The notes under the pieces: generated by a model
What the model saw: the letters and a program-made list of their open reading frames with translations, nothing else
Databases searched by the model: none
Told to the model about the DNA's origin: nothing
Part shown: positions 15,869-17,159 of the stretch, piece by piece
Numbering within the stretch: position 1 is the first letter of the stretch
Layout of the letters: each line of letters begins with the position of its first letter
Translations under genes and position numbers: made by a program
Source: Elusimicrobiota bacterium
Lineage (GTDB): Bacteria > Elusimicrobiota > Elusimicrobia > UBA1565 > UBA9628
Direction of reading: 5' to 3'
Assembly: GCA_035606075.1 (NCBI GenBank)
Contig: DATNGC010000158.1
Coordinates: 1-17,159, forward strand
DNA length: 17,159 bases

Positions 15869-16270
15869 TTAGCGCTTCGAGTACTGGAAGCGCTTGCGGG
15901 CCTTGGGCTGACCGCTCTTCTTGCGCTCGACCATGCGGGGGTCGCGCGTCAGGAAGCCGGCGGCCTTGAGGGCCTTCTTGTTCTTGTCGTCGGCCTTGAC
16001 CAGCACGCGGGAGATCGCGTGGCGGGCCGCCCCGGCCTGGCCGGAGATGCCGCCGCCGACGACCTTGACGACGTAGTCGTGGCTCTTGGCGGCCTCGACG
16101 ACCTCGAGAGGCGAGCGGACGTCGCGGACCTGGTGCGGCAGGCCCTTGAAGTACTCGTCGACGGGCTTCTTGTTGACGGTGATCTTGCCGTCGCCCTTCG
16201 CCAGCAGGCGGACCTGCGCGATGGAGTTCTTGCGGCGACCGGTGGCGCGGAGCTCTTCGTTCTTACCCAT
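15869..16270 (-). CDS. rpsI: 30S ribosomal protein S9
   Basis: This 133-aa protein ends ...GGGISGQAGAARHAISRVL...FLTRDPRMVERKK.GQPKARKRFQYSKR, the classic S9 C-terminus. Confidence 0.95.
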   Translation of the reverse strand: MGKNEELRATGRRKNSIAQVRLLAKGDGKITVNKKPVDEYFKGLPHQVRDVRSPLEVVEAAKSHDYVVKVVGGGISGQAGAARHAISRVLVKADDKNKKALKAAGFLTRDPRMVERKKSGQPKARKRFQYSKR

Positions 16271-16272
16271 GA

Positions 16273-16707
16273 TTACTTGGCCTTCGCTTCGAGGTTGGAA
16301 TAGGGATGCTTCTCGTTGACGTAGATCCTCAGCCGCGCGAGCTGCTTGCGCGCCAGGCGGTTCTTCGGCAGCATGCGGCGCACGGCGAGCATGAGGACCC
16401 GGCGCGGGTCCCGCTCCATCTGGCGCTTGAGCGGCATGGTCTTGGCGCCGCCGGCGTAGCCGGAGTGCGAGAAGTAGAACTTCTGGTTCAGCTTGTCGCC
16501 CGTGAGCTTGACCTGCTTGATGTTCGTCACGACGACGACGTCGCCGCAGTCCACGAAATCGGTATAGGTCGGCTTGTGCTTGCCGCGAAGCAGAGTGGCG
16601 GCCTTGGTCGCGATGCGGCCGAGGACCAGCCCCTTCGCATCGATGTGGTGAAAGCCGCGCTGGCCAGCGGCCGTGCGGGGCGGATGAATATAGGTCTTCT
16701 GTGGCAT
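16273..16707 (-). CDS. rplM: 50S ribosomal protein L13
   Basis: The protein is MPQKTYI...GLVLGRIATKAATLLRGKHKPTYT..., which matches L13. The real ATG is at 16707, and the gene lies directly upstream of rpsI in the conserved rplM-rpsI pair. Confidence 0.95.
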   Translation of the reverse strand: MPQKTYIHPPRTAAGQRGFHHIDAKGLVLGRIATKAATLLRGKHKPTYTDFVDCGDVVVVTNIKQVKLTGDKLNQKFYFSHSGYAGGAKTMPLKRQMERDPRRVLMLAVRRMLPKNRLARKQLARLRIYVNEKHPYSNLEAKAK

Positions 16708-16740
16708 AACGTCTAAAGATAGCAAATTACCGACGGGGGC

Positions 16741-17159
16741 TCAAGGCTTATTCTGAGGGGGGCGGCGGGTGCCGTAGACGTCGCCGGTGGGCGACTTCCA
16801 GAAGACCTCGAGGTTGTACTTGGCCCGCCGGTACACGCGGACGCCCTCGTCGGTCAGCAGGCCCGCGCCGTCGAACATGGGCTTGTCGTCCCAGTCCTTG
16901 AGCTTCAGGGCCCACTTGGCGTCGGCGCCCTTGGACTCGAAATAGGCGAGCGCGTCCTGGCTGAGCAGGAACTCGTAGCGCTCGTAGCCGGCCTTCGTCA
17001 GCCGCGCGGGGCCGCCCGAGCGGGACCTGGCCGTCCACGGCCGAGAGCCGCCGTGGACATGGCGCAGGTAGGCGACGGCGTCCTTCTCCGCGGCGCGGAT
17101 CTTCTGCAGCAGCTCGAAGTCCTGCGGCGCCCAGGTGTCCTGATCGGGCGGCAGCAGCA
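16741..17159 (-). CDS. hypothetical protein, C-terminal fragment (gene starts beyond window end)
   Basis: A G/C3-rich minus frame translates ...QDFELLQKIRAAEKDAVAYLRHVHGG...KWALKLKDWDDKPMFDGAGLLTDEGVRVYRRAKYNLEVFWKSPTGDVYGTRRPPQNKP and ends at TGA 16743..16741. The 96-aa track ORF 16748..17038 is in a different, junk frame. Confidence 0.4.
   Translation of the reverse strand, partial: LLPPDQDTWAPQDFELLQKIRAAEKDAVAYLRHVHGGSRPWTARSRSGGPARLTKAGYERYEFLLSQDALAYFESKGADAKWALKLKDWDDKPMFDGAGLLTDEGVRVYRRAKYNLEVFWKSPTGDVYGTRRPPQNKP

Noticed and set aside
16748-17038. 96-aa minus-strand track ORF near the window end
   Set aside because: It is in the wrong frame. The G/C3-rich frame ending at TGA 16741 is the credible one, so this partial gene is reported as 16741..17159 instead.

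Overview
This is a high-GC bacterial chromosomal segment of roughly 70% G+C by eye. Every convincing gene, about 30 of them, lies on the minus strand, and most are joined by 1-8 nt start/stop overlaps. The long plus-strand ORFs and several very long Arg-rich minus-strand ORFs are wrong-frame artefacts of the high GC; the real genes are the G/C3-rich frames listed below. In minus-strand transcription order the window holds: (1) a partial hypothetical gene, then rplM and rpsI. (2) A small membrane protein, a DUF72 protein, an Ala/Arg-rich hypothetical, a secreted UshA-type 5'-nucleotidase and a membrane-anchored AphA-like (HAD IIIB) protein. (3) A textbook sigma70-type promoter (TTGACT-17-TAGAAT) followed by a perfect 8-3-8 palindrome (TGTGGACA-TAT-TGTCCACA) just before the tpiA ribosome-binding site. 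(4) A long bacterial-microcompartment (metabolosome) operon of the sugar-phosphate-utilising (SPU-like) kind: tpiA, pduL-type phosphotransacylase, BMC-H, BMC-P, CoA-acylating aldehyde dehydrogenase, aldo-keto reductase, tandem-domain BMC-T, rpiB, BMC-P, BMC-P, deoxyribose-phosphate aldolase (deoC) with a ~110-aa N-terminal extension, a four-CxxC zinc-ribbon-like protein and a second BMC-H. (5) pilT with its own near-consensus promoter, a translationally coupled Pro-rich (EPPKP-repeat) protein and a partial hypothetical. Between the second and third BMC-P genes sits a ~1.6 kb block of clearly lower GC (about 45-50% by eye) carrying four foreign-looking genes: a DUF2283/DUF4258-like toxin-antitoxin pair, a small PD-(D/E)xK (DUF3883-like) protein and a secreted hypothetical. 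This block is embedded with start/stop overlaps at both ends. A 61-bp perfect AT-rich palindrome (29-bp arms) lies inside the operon immediately upstream of the BMC-H ribosome-binding site. No rRNA, tRNA or CRISPR features were seen.
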